Positions 8,705-19,113 of a stretch of DNA of 64,000 nt are shown here, in pieces (within the stretch, counting starts at the first letter, position 1; every line of letters starts with the position of its first letter). This stretch comes from Akkermansiaceae bacterium (GTDB lineage Bacteria; Verrucomicrobiota; Verrucomicrobiia; Verrucomicrobiales; Akkermansiaceae). Under the pieces are notes generated by a model that saw only the letters and a program-made list of their open reading frames with translations, searched no databases and was not told the DNA's origin. The stretch covers positions 1-64,000 of the forward strand of contig JBPOGF010000008.1 of NCBI GenBank assembly GCA_051251915.1, given 5' to 3'. The translations under genes were made by a program, and so were the position numbers.

Positions 8705-9586
8705 ATGACCCCAGACCAGCTAAAAAAAGCCCGCATCAAAGCCACCGCCTGCGCAGAAAGTGTCTCACTTCCCCTCCGCTCACGCGTCTGGAAAGGCATG
8801 GCTGGTGAGTTTGCCGGAGCCGGCTCTGGTTCATCACTAGACTTCCAAGACCACAGAAACTACGTCCCTGGTGACGACCCACGCCACATCAACTGGCAAG
8901 CCTACGCCCGCACCGGAACCTACACCATGAAACTCTATCGCGAAGAGGTCCGCCCCATCGTCGACATCGTCCTAGACGTCTCTGACTCCATGTTCTTCGA
9001 GGAATCCAAATCCATCCGCGTAGCCGAAGTCTTCTACACCATCATCAGCACCGCCCTCCAAGCAGGAGCCGCCACTAACATCCACCTCATCAAAGGCTCA
9101 AGCCACCGCCAACTCCCCATCGAAGCAGTCCTCAGCGACCAATGGTTCAAAATCTCAACCGAACTAAAAGACGAGCACCCCAACCGAGCTCCCAACCTAG
9201 AAGCCATCCCTCTAAGACCCAACACCATCCGAGTCTTCATCAGCGACCTCCTCTTCCCAGGCGATGCCAACCCAGTCATCCGCCACTTCACCCAGCGCCA
9301 AGGCTCACTCATCCTACTCTGCCCATTCTCCCCATCCGAAGCTAATCCAGACTGGCAAGGCAACTTCGAATTCATCGACGCGGAAACCAACAACCGCCAC
9401 CCACACCGCATTGAACCCCACGTCCTGCGCGACTACAAAAAAACCTACAACAAGCACTTCTCCCTCTGGCACAACGCCGCCCTAAAACACCAATCCCCCC
9501 TAGCCCGCATCCCATCAAACCTAGACCTCATGGATGCCCTCCAGCTAGACGCAATCAAAACCGGAGCTCTAGAAATTACCGCCTGA
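8705..9586 (+). CDS. DUF58 domain protein (MoxR partner)
   Basis: GSSLDFQDHRNYVPGDDPRHINWQAYART; MIDAS-like LDVSDS. Confidence 0.92.
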   Translation: MTPDQLKKARIKATACAESVSLPLRSRVWKGMAGEFAGAGSGSSLDFQDHRNYVPGDDPRHINWQAYARTGTYTMKLYREEVRPIVDIVLDVSDSMFFEESKSIRVAEVFYTIISTALQAGAATNIHLIKGSSHRQLPIEAVLSDQWFKISTELKDEHPNRAPNLEAIPLRPNTIRVFISDLLFPGDANPVIRHFTQRQGSLILLCPFSPSEANPDWQGNFEFIDAETNNRHPHRIEPHVLRDYKKTYNKHFSLWHNAALKHQSPLARIPSNLDLMDALQLDAIKTGALEITA

Positions 9587-9698
9587 TCTTACCGATCGAG
9601 CATTCTCACCCTGTGATTAAGAATGAGATAAAATTTATCTCACCATTGCTTTTCTCAAGCTTTGAAGTAGGTTACCCGCACATCAACTCTCCCATAGA

Positions 9699-12600
9699 AT
9701 GAGTAAAAAAGAACCCACAGATGCGGATGCCACAAAACCAGATCAACCGCCCAAACAACCTAAGAAACGCCGCTGGTTGCGTCGCCTGACTTGGTGTGGA
9801 ATAATCCTCGGCATCATTGGTTTCTTAATAAATGGAATCGTAGCTCGTAAGCTCGCTCATCACTTCTTAAATAAAAGTTTAGAAGATCAAGGCATGACCG
9901 GAACCGTTGAAATTCAAGGGTCAATTCTGTCTGGCTTCCAGGTCCAAAATCTCATATACACCGGCACCCAGGGCATCCAGTCACTAAGCATCGATGAAGT
10001 GACTCTAGATTATCAAATCATGCAGCTGATTGATCTAAAAGCAGACAAACTAGCAGTCACCAACCTAAAAGCTGAGATCGACATCGCTAAATTCAAACCT
10101 AGCGAAAAGCCCGATGAAGCAAGTAACTGGAAGGAAACCCTAAAAACGATCAGACCATTGATCATGCACCCTGAGATCACACTAAAGGATCTAGACGTCA
10201 CCCTACTGAATGATGGCCAGAAACTACTCCACTGGAAACTAGGAGCCATCCAACACGATGCAACTACCGATGAGATCAACCTAAACCAATGGATCATCTC
10301 AGACCCAAACAATCTCAGCACCCCAGAGCAATCAGCAACCTTCGTCTGGCAAGAAGGAAAACTTACCTCTGACCGCCTCAAACTCCTGTCCGAACTAACC
10401 CTAGGAGAAATCAATTTCGACTGGTCATCTGAGCTAAAAGGTGACGCCAGCCTACAATACCGCGATGCCATTATCGACGCCAACATTGCACAAAACACCA
10501 CTCTAAACCTGCGCGAAGGAGAACTCAGAACCGATGACCTCTTCAAAACCCTCTCAACTTTTAGCATCCAGACTGACGACATAGACACAGAAGCCGTGAT
10601 CAACAAGTTAGACCTCAGCATCCCTACAAAGGATCTACAATCAGCCATCCCCCTATGGAAGTTCGACGGCACACTAGGAATTAAATCGGCACGTTGGGAA
10701 AAATACTTCATCGAGAACACCACCCTCAGCCTCAAACAAGACAATTCAGAATACCAACTCAAGCTCGACTCCATCGCCCTCAACACTCCCCTAAAAATAG
10801 ACCTCAACGGAAAATGGGACTTTCCAGACGCTACAAATTGGTCGGAATCCACAACTGCAGAGGTAAGTTTTAAGACCCAACTCAATGACGAGATCCTAGC
10901 ACTCCTACCCCAGCTCCAAGAACTCCCCACAGAAATCAAACTCAATAGTAGCACCATTGCAGGTAAGGTTTCAGCTAAGCTATTGGAGGCCCAGCTAGCC
11001 AACGCATCTGCCAATATTGACTTTGCCGGAGTTAACGTAAAAGGATCAGATGTCCCAACACTAGCTATCAAAGCAGATATAATAGGAGACATCATCAAGT
11101 TCAACCTCCAGCCAAAAGAAGATTCCGTGTTCGAAGTTGCTGGGGAATTTGACTCAGAAAAACAAACTTACTTAGCCTCATTTCAAGCAAAATCAAACCT
11201 AGAGGACTCCCCGTGGATCAACAGCTTCGCAGAAGTCTACGGTTCACCTATCATGCTCAACAACCAGCTAGACCTTGTGTGGCAAGGAACAGGAAACCTT
11301 ACATCTAACACCCACCAAGGAACCCTCACAACCACTGACCTACTACTCTCTCAAGCTGGAATGGCCCCCGCTAAAATCAACATCAAAGGCACTTATGACT
11401 GGCCAAAATCAGTCGACATTGAAACCCTCAGTACCGAGCAAGAAGACCTATTCGCCAACGCCTCAATACTCTGGGACGGAAAAGAAGTCTCAATCAGAAG
11501 CTCAGAAATCAAACGCGATGGCGAACTCATCGGCAGCATCAAAGGCAAACTCCCCTTCTCCACCGAGATCGACAGCAGTAAGAAATTCTTCGCACAAACA
11601 TCGCCTTGGGATATCAACATCGATACTGAACCTCTATTACTCAAAAGACTTTCCGAGCTCCTCCCGCTTTCAGATGATCTTAATCTAACAGGAACCCTCC
11701 AAACCAAACTCAACATCTCAGGAAGCCCTCGCCTTCCTCAGATCAATGGAAACATCGACGTTGAATCCTTGAGTGACGTGTTCGAGCTAGGATTAGACAA
11801 AATTTCACTCAACACCAAACTCGCTACGGAAGACAAATTACTCAACATCGACGGCAACCTCCTCGAAGCTGGCAAGCAGCTCGTCACCATCGACCTCCAA
11901 CTCCCATTCACTCCCCACCAATGGCTCGAAGATGATAATCTCCTAGAAACCATCCAGACCAACTCAGAGCTAAAAGGCTCCGCAGAAATCAAACAACTAC
12001 CACTCGGAAGACTCACTAAATTCGTACCAGATCTAGAAAAACTGGAAGGCATGTTAGATGTCAAAGCTGAATTCCAAGGCACCATCGCAGAACCAAAATA
12101 CAAAATCAACTTCAACGCAGACCTCCCCATCATCAGCCTAAAAGATGCAGGCATAGGAGATATAACCAACGTCAAACTCAAAGGTGAGCTAGATCAAACC
12201 ATGATTCTCGATGCAGAATTGGACGCCAAAATCAATGGAGGTAAGTTTTCCATCATCTCAAAAGTCGACGTCAACACCCCTGATGCCCCCATCTTCGATG
12301 TCAAACTCACCACCCGCTATGCCCTCATCTACAGGGACGATGTAGTGGCGATGCGCACCAATGCGAACTTAACCCTCAAAGGAACATTAGAAGATGCTAC
12401 CATTTCTGGCGACATCGGCATAGTCGAGTCTCTCTTCTACAAAGACGTAGACCTCATCCCCATCGGCGTCCCGACAGGTTCAGTAGGAACTGTCAGCCTC
12501 CCATCTATAGACACCAAAGCTAAAGAAACACTCCCCATACCAGCACCCTTCGATCAATGGAAACTAGATCTAACAGTAAACACTGAAGACCCTATCTTGA

Positions 12601-13220
12601 TCCGAGGCAATGTTGGTAGCGGCCGAGTCGAAGGACTAGTCAAAGTTCGCGGCATCCTCGCAAAACCCAGTCTCGATGGAACCTTGTATGCTAAAAAAGT
12701 AAAAGCGAAACTACCATTCAGTGTTCTCCTAGTGAATACCGGGAAAATCATATTTAGCCCTAAAAACGGTTTCATACCAGTGTTAGAGATCAGAGGGAAA
12801 TCTCAAGTAGGCTCACACAGCGTAACCCTCTTTGCCTATGGATCAGCAGATGATCCCAAGCTCGCACTTAGCTCTTACCCTGCTCTCCCTGAAAATGAAA
12901 TAATGACTCTGCTTGCCACAGGAACAACTAATTCAGGACTAGAAGACCGAGATGTAGCCACCTTTAAAACTCTACAAATCCTCCTCCAAGAACTCAAGCA
13001 GCGCAGTGATCGGCCAGGAGGAAACAAGCTATTCAGTAAAGTCCTTTCCGGCATCGAAGACTTAGACCTAAAGGTCGGCGAAGTCAACGACCTCACCGGT
13101 GAAAAATACGCATCGGCCACAATAAAACTTCATCGCCGCTGGTTCCTAACAGCCCAGCTCGATGATAACCAACCACCACAAACGCGCGGCTTAGTCATCT
13201 TCGCATTAAGATTTCAATAA
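9699..13220 (+). CDS. TamB-like translocation/assembly module protein (AsmA-like, DUF490 C-terminus)
   Basis: N-terminal TM anchor, long beta-rich repeats (L.GT...P...G), C-terminal LSSYPALPENEIMTLLATG; lies upstream of an Omp85 gene. Confidence 0.8.
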   Translation: MSKKEPTDADATKPDQPPKQPKKRRWLRRLTWCGIILGIIGFLINGIVARKLAHHFLNKSLEDQGMTGTVEIQGSILSGFQVQNLIYTGTQGIQSLSIDEVTLDYQIMQLIDLKADKLAVTNLKAEIDIAKFKPSEKPDEASNWKETLKTIRPLIMHPEITLKDLDVTLLNDGQKLLHWKLGAIQHDATTDEINLNQWIISDPNNLSTPEQSATFVWQEGKLTSDRLKLLSELTLGEINFDWSSELKGDASLQYRDAIIDANIAQNTTLNLREGELRTDDLFKTLSTFSIQTDDIDTEAVINKLDLSIPTKDLQSAIPLWKFDGTLGIKSARWEKYFIENTTLSLKQDNSEYQLKLDSIALNTPLKIDLNGKWDFPDATNWSESTTAEVSFKTQLNDEILALLPQLQELPTEIKLNSSTIAGKVSAKLLEAQLANASANIDFAGVNVKGSDVPTLAIKADIIGDIIKFNLQPKEDSVFEVAGEFDSEKQTYLASFQAKSNLEDSPWINSFAEVYGSPIMLNNQLDLVWQGTGNLTSNTHQGTLTTTDLLLSQAGMAPAKINIKGTYDWPKSVDIETLSTEQEDLFANASILWDGKEVSIRSSEIKRDGELIGSIKGKLPFSTEIDSSKKFFAQTSPWDINIDTEPLLLKRLSELLPLSDDLNLTGTLQTKLNISGSPRLPQINGNIDVESLSDVFELGLDKISLNTKLATEDKLLNIDGNLLEAGKQLVTIDLQLPFTPHQWLEDDNLLETIQTNSELKGSAEIKQLPLGRLTKFVPDLEKLEGMLDVKAEFQGTIAEPKYKINFNADLPIISLKDAGIGDITNVKLKGELDQTMILDAELDAKINGGKFSIISKVDVNTPDAPIFDVKLTTRYALIYRDDVVAMRTNANLTLKGTLEDATISGDIGIVESLFYKDVDLIPIGVPTGSVGTVSLPSIDTKAKETLPIPAPFDQWKLDLTVNTEDPILIRGNVGSGRVEGLVKVRGILAKPSLDGTLYAKKVKAKLPFSVLLVNTGKIIFSPKNGFIPVLEIRGKSQVGSHSVTLFAYGSADDPKLALSSYPALPENEIMTLLATGTTNSGLEDRDVATFKTLQILLQELKQRSDRPGGNKLFSKVLSGIEDLDLKVGEVNDLTGEKYASATIKLHRRWFLTAQLDDNQPPQTRGLVIFALRFQ

Positions 13221-13229
13221 CTAGTTCAA

Positions 13230-15224
13230 ATGAGTAAATTAACCACAATAGCACTCACATTATACGGCAGCATACTCAGTACGAGTCATGCCGCAGAAGT
13301 GCAGGTGCGTGGCATCGATGAAGAACTTAGGCAGACGATGGCAGCACTAATCAAACCTAGATTAGAATTTATAGGCAAACGCACCGCCACCGAGTGGAGA
13401 GCTGATGACGCGGCATTTTTCCTCCGCGAATTATTGATTAAAAAAGGATACTCCCAGAGCAAAGTAAACTGGGAGCTACCTGGTAACGAGGTGATCATGC
13501 TAAAAGTAGATCTCGGAATCCGCTACGTAATAGGGAATGTCACAACCGTGAGTAATGACCCCCTCTCGGACAAATTAATCAACGAATATTTTAGCGAGAT
13601 CATCCCACAAGGCAGTATCCTCAAACGTGAACAAACTCCTTATCTAGAAGATTACCCAGCAAAAGGCGCTACAAATATTGCCAACTATCTCAAATCACTC
13701 GGCCACTGGGATGCTCAAGTCAGCGTAGTATCCATAAACAAGCAGCCCACCGGCATGGTGAACATCAAGCTCAATATTCAGCGCGGCCCCATGCACAACA
13801 TCCTTCCTCCAGCATTTACAGGCATCACTCCTGAGCAACGTATAGCCATCCAACCAGTAATCGAACCTTACATCGGCAAACCTGCGACCAGTGAAAATAT
13901 TAGCTCGCTAAATAACGCCGTTCACCAGCACTACCGCGACCAAGGGTTCCAGTTCGCTAAGCTTAGGGTAAGTTCTCAAAACACCTCAGGAATCCAGATC
14001 AGTTTCAATGTAGACACTGGCAACCTCTACCAGGTGCGCAAGATCACCGTCGTCGGCAATGACAGAACTAAGACCACCAGGTTCACCCGCTATACTAAAT
14101 CACTTGTCGGTGAAACATACCGCGAAAGTGACGCAAACGAAGTCGCTAAGAAATTACTCCTTACAGGCGCCTTCGAGTCAGTCAGACTCGTGCCTCAGAA
14201 AATCAACGCCAACCAACTAGATATCAACCTAGAAGTCACTGAGGCAAAACCACGCTTTATCCGCGCCTACGGTGGATTTGCCAGTTACGATGGACTCATC
14301 CTCGGATCATCATACACCAACCAAAACTTTCTCAACAAACTACAAACGTTTTCAGCACGAACCGAAATAAGCTCCCGCGGCTTACTCGGTGAACTCAGCC
14401 TAACAGAACCCTATTTCGCTGGAGTTCCTGTAAGCCAGACCACCAGATTATATGCTCTCCAACGTCGATTTGATGGTTATAAAAAAAACCAGACCGGCTT
14501 GGAAGCCTCATTTAATTGGGAACCAAGATCATCACTAACATCACGGCTCTATGCAGGCCTAGACTATGTCAAACTGGAAGCAGATGGCATCACCGACGAG
14601 GAACTCGGACCGGCTGACTATCTCAATACTAAAATTGGATTCGAACAAACCTTAGATCTCCGAGACAGCCCAGTACTACCGACTGAAGGCTTCCATGCTC
14701 GCGGACTCTTAGAATATGGCGCAATTAGCGGAGACGCTTCTAACAGTTATTTCAGAACCAACCTCAACGCCTCATACCGAGTCCAACTCAAAAATGAGAG
14801 TAAAAGCAGACTTATGTTCCGCTTTAATACCGGTGCTATTTTACCCTCTGACTCGAATGACCTCCCTATTGATCTCAGACTGTTCAGCGGTGGCTCGGAC
14901 TCAGTAAGAAGCTTTGGTGAACGCGAGCTAGGACCACTCTCGGCATCCAGCGACCCTCTAGGCGGCGAAGCATACTGGAACGCCAGCGCAGAGTATATTC
15001 ATCCATTTAATGACCTATTCTCCGGGGTCTTATTCTATGATACAGGTAATCTTTTCGCAGATGCAGGCGACTACTCGTTTAGTAATCCCACTCACAGTCT
15101 AGGCATAGGCATGAGGATTGATTTACCAGTCGGTCCAGCGAGATTTGAGTATGGATTCAATCTCAACCAGAAATCCGGCGAACCTAGCGGAGCATTCCAC
15201 TTCGCCATAGGTGCTCAATTTTAG
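13230..15224 (+). CDS. BamA/TamA family outer-membrane protein
   Basis: POTRA-like repeats, FSGGSDSVRSF loop-6 motif, GPARFEYG, C-terminal FAIGAQF. Confidence 0.9.
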   Translation: MSKLTTIALTLYGSILSTSHAAEVQVRGIDEELRQTMAALIKPRLEFIGKRTATEWRADDAAFFLRELLIKKGYSQSKVNWELPGNEVIMLKVDLGIRYVIGNVTTVSNDPLSDKLINEYFSEIIPQGSILKREQTPYLEDYPAKGATNIANYLKSLGHWDAQVSVVSINKQPTGMVNIKLNIQRGPMHNILPPAFTGITPEQRIAIQPVIEPYIGKPATSENISSLNNAVHQHYRDQGFQFAKLRVSSQNTSGIQISFNVDTGNLYQVRKITVVGNDRTKTTRFTRYTKSLVGETYRESDANEVAKKLLLTGAFESVRLVPQKINANQLDINLEVTEAKPRFIRAYGGFASYDGLILGSSYTNQNFLNKLQTFSARTEISSRGLLGELSLTEPYFAGVPVSQTTRLYALQRRFDGYKKNQTGLEASFNWEPRSSLTSRLYAGLDYVKLEADGITDEELGPADYLNTKIGFEQTLDLRDSPVLPTEGFHARGLLEYGAISGDASNSYFRTNLNASYRVQLKNESKSRLMFRFNTGAILPSDSNDLPIDLRLFSGGSDSVRSFGERELGPLSASSDPLGGEAYWNASAEYIHPFNDLFSGVLFYDTGNLFADAGDYSFSNPTHSLGIGMRIDLPVGPARFEYGFNLNQKSGEPSGAFHFAIGAQF

Positions 15225-15241
15225 GATATAGGATATCTACC

Positions 15242-16327
15242 TTATTGTTGTGCCGCAGGTGCTGGTGCAGGCGCCACTGGAGTAAGCAGAGCCTCCACCG
15301 TCAAAGTAGCAAATGACCCCACTACGCCCGTGAAGCGAATCCGCCCCTGCTGATCGATCACATAAGTGTGTGGAGGATTACCTACTCGATATTGATTGAA
15401 GATTTGCTGTTGAGGGTCAGAGATATTCTTACTACTTGTCTGAGCTTCTTTTTCGAGCTCACGTAAATTTGCCAATTGATCCTTATTCACTCCAATAAGA
15501 GCAAAATCCTGCCCAGCATACTGCTTCTCCACATTACGCATGAAGCTCAGCAGCTCAATAGTTTGTTCAACTGGAAGATCAAAACTAGACCAGAAAACCA
15601 ACATCACCACCTTCCCCTTGTATTGAGCTAAATTCACCGGCACTCCAGAGCTATCCACACCAGAGATTTCTGGAGCTGTGCATCCCTTACTCAAATTTTT
15701 CAAGCGATGAACCATTTCCATGGCGATCTCACCCACACTCGTTCCTGCTACCTTCGCATCGGCAGAATTAATAATCGCTTCTTTTACTAATGTGAGTCGA
15801 CGCGCGTTATTCACAGCGGCATCACCCATTTCACTCAGGACGATGGCTAGTGAGATCCCCGCCACACCCTTTTGTTTAGGATCTTCTATCTTCTTGTATG
15901 CGTTCTCAACGAAGACTTTTTTCTCTAACACCGTCTGCTTAGACAAAGCCACGCTATAGCAAAACGTCCCTAGATCTGTTGCATCCATGTGAAACTTGCT
16001 AGCATAATCCATAATGAATTTCACGTCCTTAGTGCCAAGTGGAGTATTTGCTAGTAACCAACCTGCATACTTAAGAGCCCACGGCTGCTTCAGCTCCGCT
16101 CCCACCGCCTTGATCATTCGCTTTTTGTAGTCCTGAACATCTGGTTTCTTCGCCATTACTTGACGCATCATCTCCATCGATTGAGCTCCTGCTAACTCGC
16201 TCTGCCACGCTGTCATAAGCGCTTTATGCTCCTGCACTATGGCTTCCGCCTCAACCTCAGTACCTGCCGTCGCGACCAGTGATACAAAAAACGAAAAGAA
16301 TATGATTGGTAAGTATTTCATGCCCAT
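15242..16327 (-). CDS. Secreted protein with C-terminal TlpA/redoxin-like domain (lacks CxxC)
   Basis: APEISGVDSSG..VNLAQYKGKVVMLVFW...PHTYVIDQQGRI; signal peptide. Confidence 0.75.
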   Translation of the reverse strand: MGMKYLPIIFFSFFVSLVATAGTEVEAEAIVQEHKALMTAWQSELAGAQSMEMMRQVMAKKPDVQDYKKRMIKAVGAELKQPWALKYAGWLLANTPLGTKDVKFIMDYASKFHMDATDLGTFCYSVALSKQTVLEKKVFVENAYKKIEDPKQKGVAGISLAIVLSEMGDAAVNNARRLTLVKEAIINSADAKVAGTSVGEIAMEMVHRLKNLSKGCTAPEISGVDSSGVPVNLAQYKGKVVMLVFWSSFDLPVEQTIELLSFMRNVEKQYAGQDFALIGVNKDQLANLRELEKEAQTSSKNISDPQQQIFNQYRVGNPPHTYVIDQQGRIRFTGVVGSFATLTVEALLTPVAPAPAPAAQQ

Positions 16328-16425
16328 ATCCGAGAACTTAACTCCAGAATCTTTTATGACAAGCTTGGAGAACAGAAATGTAAAGCAGTTGACTCAGCCC
16401 TTTCTTGATTTAAATTATCACTGCC

Positions 16426-16884
16426 ATGCAATCCAAATCTCAACCAGAACCTCAATCCCTACCCGTCACTCAAACAGCGAGTAAAACGCCACAGGTTTTA
16501 CAGAAAATTTTTAGCATAGTTGGATTCCTTCTGTTCGCTATGTTCTCCTCACTACAGTCCAATGATGTGAGCCAATACGGCACCTCACTATGGCTTACCG
16601 ATACCTGGCTCATCGGCTACGGCGCCCTCGCCTTTGTCTGCCTCTACAATGTCCTCAGCCCTTTTTCACCAAAAGTATTTCTGTCACTAGCAGGCATCAC
16701 CTTTGCTCTCGCACTCTTCCGAGCTTCGCAGATCGACTGGAGCCAACCACTATTCTGCTTCATAGCCCCTGAAGAATTTGCCAAGCGCTACCCCGCAGGA
16801 AACGAAACAGGTGGACTAATCATCGTAACTCTCTGGCTACTCCTCCTCTGGAGGACCAATAAGAAAGCTCAAAAAAGCATCTAA
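16426..16884 (+). CDS. Membrane protein, TMEM220-like
   Basis: Four TM segments; F..LQSND...W...YG and ETGGLII motifs. Confidence 0.55.
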   Translation: MQSKSQPEPQSLPVTQTASKTPQVLQKIFSIVGFLLFAMFSSLQSNDVSQYGTSLWLTDTWLIGYGALAFVCLYNVLSPFSPKVFLSLAGITFALALFRASQIDWSQPLFCFIAPEEFAKRYPAGNETGGLIIVTLWLLLLWRTNKKAQKSI

Positions 16885-16892
16885 TACCTAGT

Positions 16893-17047
16893 AGTGAAAC
16901 AAATAAGATAGGCGGCAAAGTAATTGTTCCTCCTGTCTAAGCCAGACCACCAGATCATAGGGCGCGGGGACGAGAGCAAAGATGCGATCATCATGACTGA
17001 GTAACAACATAGTTAGAAACAAACAGCTCCCCCCCTCTCAAAATGTG
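16893..17047 (-). ncRNA. Candidate rod-shaped structured RNA (6S-like architecture)
   Basis: On the minus strand the 5' and 3' halves pair (TGAGAGGGGGGGAG with CTTTGCCGCCTATCTTA; TTGTTTCT with AGGAACAA; CTCAGTCATGAT with GTCTGGCTTAG; GATC with GATC), with many G-U pairs and an asymmetric bubble. A GATAAT -10-like box lies just upstream. Confidence 0.35.
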
Positions 17048-17120
17048 AAACATTATCTAAAACACCTCTAAGAAACTATTTGGTTAATTTGTTTTATGGA
17101 GTGATATGACTCATTACACG

Positions 17121-17597
17121 TTACGGGTGTTTATATCTCCAACTCCCCCTCTTGAGCACTTGAACTTTCACCTTAGTAATACCACGTGAATAGAACCCAA
17201 GTCGCTTACCACTTCCAATAGTGACATCGATAACACGCCCTTTAACATAAGGCCCCCTATCAGTAATAGTCAGTTTCTCAGACCGCCCATTGCTCAAATT
17301 TGTAACACGCACTTGGCTCCCCATAGGTAAAGTTTTATGAGCAGCAGTGTATGCGCTATCATAAAGCCTTCTCCCACTAGCTGTCTTAGTCCCATAGTTA
17401 GTTTTCACACTATACCATGAAGCTATTCCATACTCCGTAGAAAGAACTTTAGCCGTAGAAGTGGACTCCGGTTTATTGACTGATACAGGAACGCTCTCAC
17501 TCTTCTTTTTGAGTTCAGCATTTGTGTTACTTGCACAAGATGCTAACAACGTGATGTGTATGGAAGCACCTAGAAGGATCAATTTATTCATGTTCAT
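17121..17597 (-). CDS. rlpA: RlpA family lytic transglycosylase lipoprotein
   Basis: Lipobox LASC; GIASWY, TASG, TAAHKTLP, ITDRGPY, GRVIDV. Confidence 0.9.
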   Translation of the reverse strand: MNMNKLILLGASIHITLLASCASNTNAELKKKSESVPVSVNKPESTSTAKVLSTEYGIASWYSVKTNYGTKTASGRRLYDSAYTAAHKTLPMGSQVRVTNLSNGRSEKLTITDRGPYVKGRVIDVTIGSGKRLGFYSRGITKVKVQVLKRGSWRYKHP

Positions 17598-17625
17598 ATT
17601 GTTTTCAGAGCTTATACTCAGAAAT

Positions 17626-17658
17626 AAAAAAACTGGAACCCTAAAATGAGGATTCCAG
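17626..17658 (-). terminator. Intrinsic terminator after the PEP-CTERM gene
   Basis: CTGGAACCC...GGATTCCAG hairpin preceded on + by an A7 run (U-tail on minus). Confidence 0.7.
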
Positions 17659-17687
17659 CCTTTCTAAACTTTATAAATTATCTTCGC

Positions 17688-18608
17688 TTACTTCTTCCTA
17701 CGAAGGAGCATGAATGATGATCCTAGTAGAATAAGTAGTGATGAGGATGGCTCAGGCACAGGACATGCTGTAACCATCACGTTATCGATGTCTAGTCCAA
17801 GTTGCTCAGCACCAGTTCCTACAATGTTGAAGGTAAGTGAATCACCTTGGGCGAATTCCAACCAATCAAAACTAGGATCTCCAGCCAAACCTTGTTGACC
17901 AAACATTGAGAATGAACCAATGTTTGAAGATGATGTACCAGATGTGCTAACAGTGTCTGATACAAACAGGAGTGATCCGTTACCATCTAAGATCTCTACC
18001 GTAAACTCAGTAGGACCATAATAGCTCCTATTACTTTCAGCGTAGTAATCAAACGTAAAGTCACTTAGGCAATAAGTAGCCGCCTTAGCATTAGTAATAG
18101 TGAATCCTATTGAACCGTCTCCATCACCAGCTGCTGTTGAGCCAAAACCGCCGAAACAACCGAAGTTACTTCCAGCATCATCTGAAATGATACCAGATCC
18201 TGGTCCAGAAATATCAGTAGATGAAATGCCTGTTGCTGTTGCTGATGGGGCTACACTAGTGAACGATTGGCCTGCGTTTAGGTTTTCAAAATCGAATTGT
18301 GTTAAAACTACTGGAGCTTTACATTCACAACCTTGCCAGTCAACTAGACCGATAGCCTTTTTTGAAATTTGGTTAATATTGTAACGAGTTGCATTAATAA
18401 CATCTGCTGAAGTAATGGCTTTACGTTCCTCTTCAGATTTTGAATTCACGTATTTGCTAAGAGTAGAAGTAATTGTCCCCTTCTCTCTATTAACGGTGCC
18501 TATTTGCGATGCTAATTTGATCTGTTCTTCTGTGAAGTCATCCTGCGCATTAGCAAAAGAAGCCAAAGCTACAAGACCTAGGGATGAGTATAGGATAGGA
18601 GTTTTCAT
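17688..18608 (-). CDS. PEP-CTERM sorting domain surface protein
   Basis: Signal peptide; Ser/Thr/Gly-rich; C-terminus VPEPSSSLLILLGSSFMLLRRKK. Confidence 0.92.
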   Translation of the reverse strand: MKTPILYSSLGLVALASFANAQDDFTEEQIKLASQIGTVNREKGTITSTLSKYVNSKSEEERKAITSADVINATRYNINQISKKAIGLVDWQGCECKAPVVLTQFDFENLNAGQSFTSVAPSATATGISSTDISGPGSGIISDDAGSNFGCFGGFGSTAAGDGDGSIGFTITNAKAATYCLSDFTFDYYAESNRSYYGPTEFTVEILDGNGSLLFVSDTVSTSGTSSSNIGSFSMFGQQGLAGDPSFDWLEFAQGDSLTFNIVGTGAEQLGLDIDNVMVTACPVPEPSSSLLILLGSSFMLLRRKK

Positions 18609-19035
18609 TTTTTATATATTAGGGGTTTGGGGAAATACCAGTAGGCCTGATATCAAGTATTTTTTATAATATGTCATTTTTTATGTCAATTTTTTATTTT
18701 AAAAACAATCAACACAACTTAACTTTATTTTAAATATAAACAGCACCTCATTCTCAATAAAAAAACCAGCAATGAAACCACAACACACTAAAATAAAATT
18801 AGTTACTAAAAATAAAGCCAAATAAAAATAAGTAAAAAACGCATTATTCTTCAACAAATACAGCTCTAACTATACCCTGCCACCGCATTTTGTATAAAAT
18901 TTAACTATTCTTAACTAATTCACACTTCGTATTATATTTTATAACACGAATAGTAAGAAACTATGAATGCTTTAGCCAATCTCCGTCAACCAACGTTGCA
19001 ATACTCCACAACCACCCGTCCTCTCCCAAATAAAC

Positions 19036-19083
19036 AAAAAAATGGTCAGTAGCTCGCAGAATAAACGCTGAGCTCCTGACCAT
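19036..19083 (-). terminator. Intrinsic terminator of htpG
   Basis: ATGGTCAG-AGCTC...GAGCT-CTGACCAT hairpin with an A7 run on +. Confidence 0.75.
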
Positions 19084-19113
19084 GAATCAAATACTTTGTA
19101 TATGCTTAACGCG

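Noticed and set aside
10013..11104. 363-aa antisense ORF inside tamB, and similar Ser/Leu-rich shadows
   Set aside because: Mirror frame of a real gene, produced by codon bias; no recognisable motifs.
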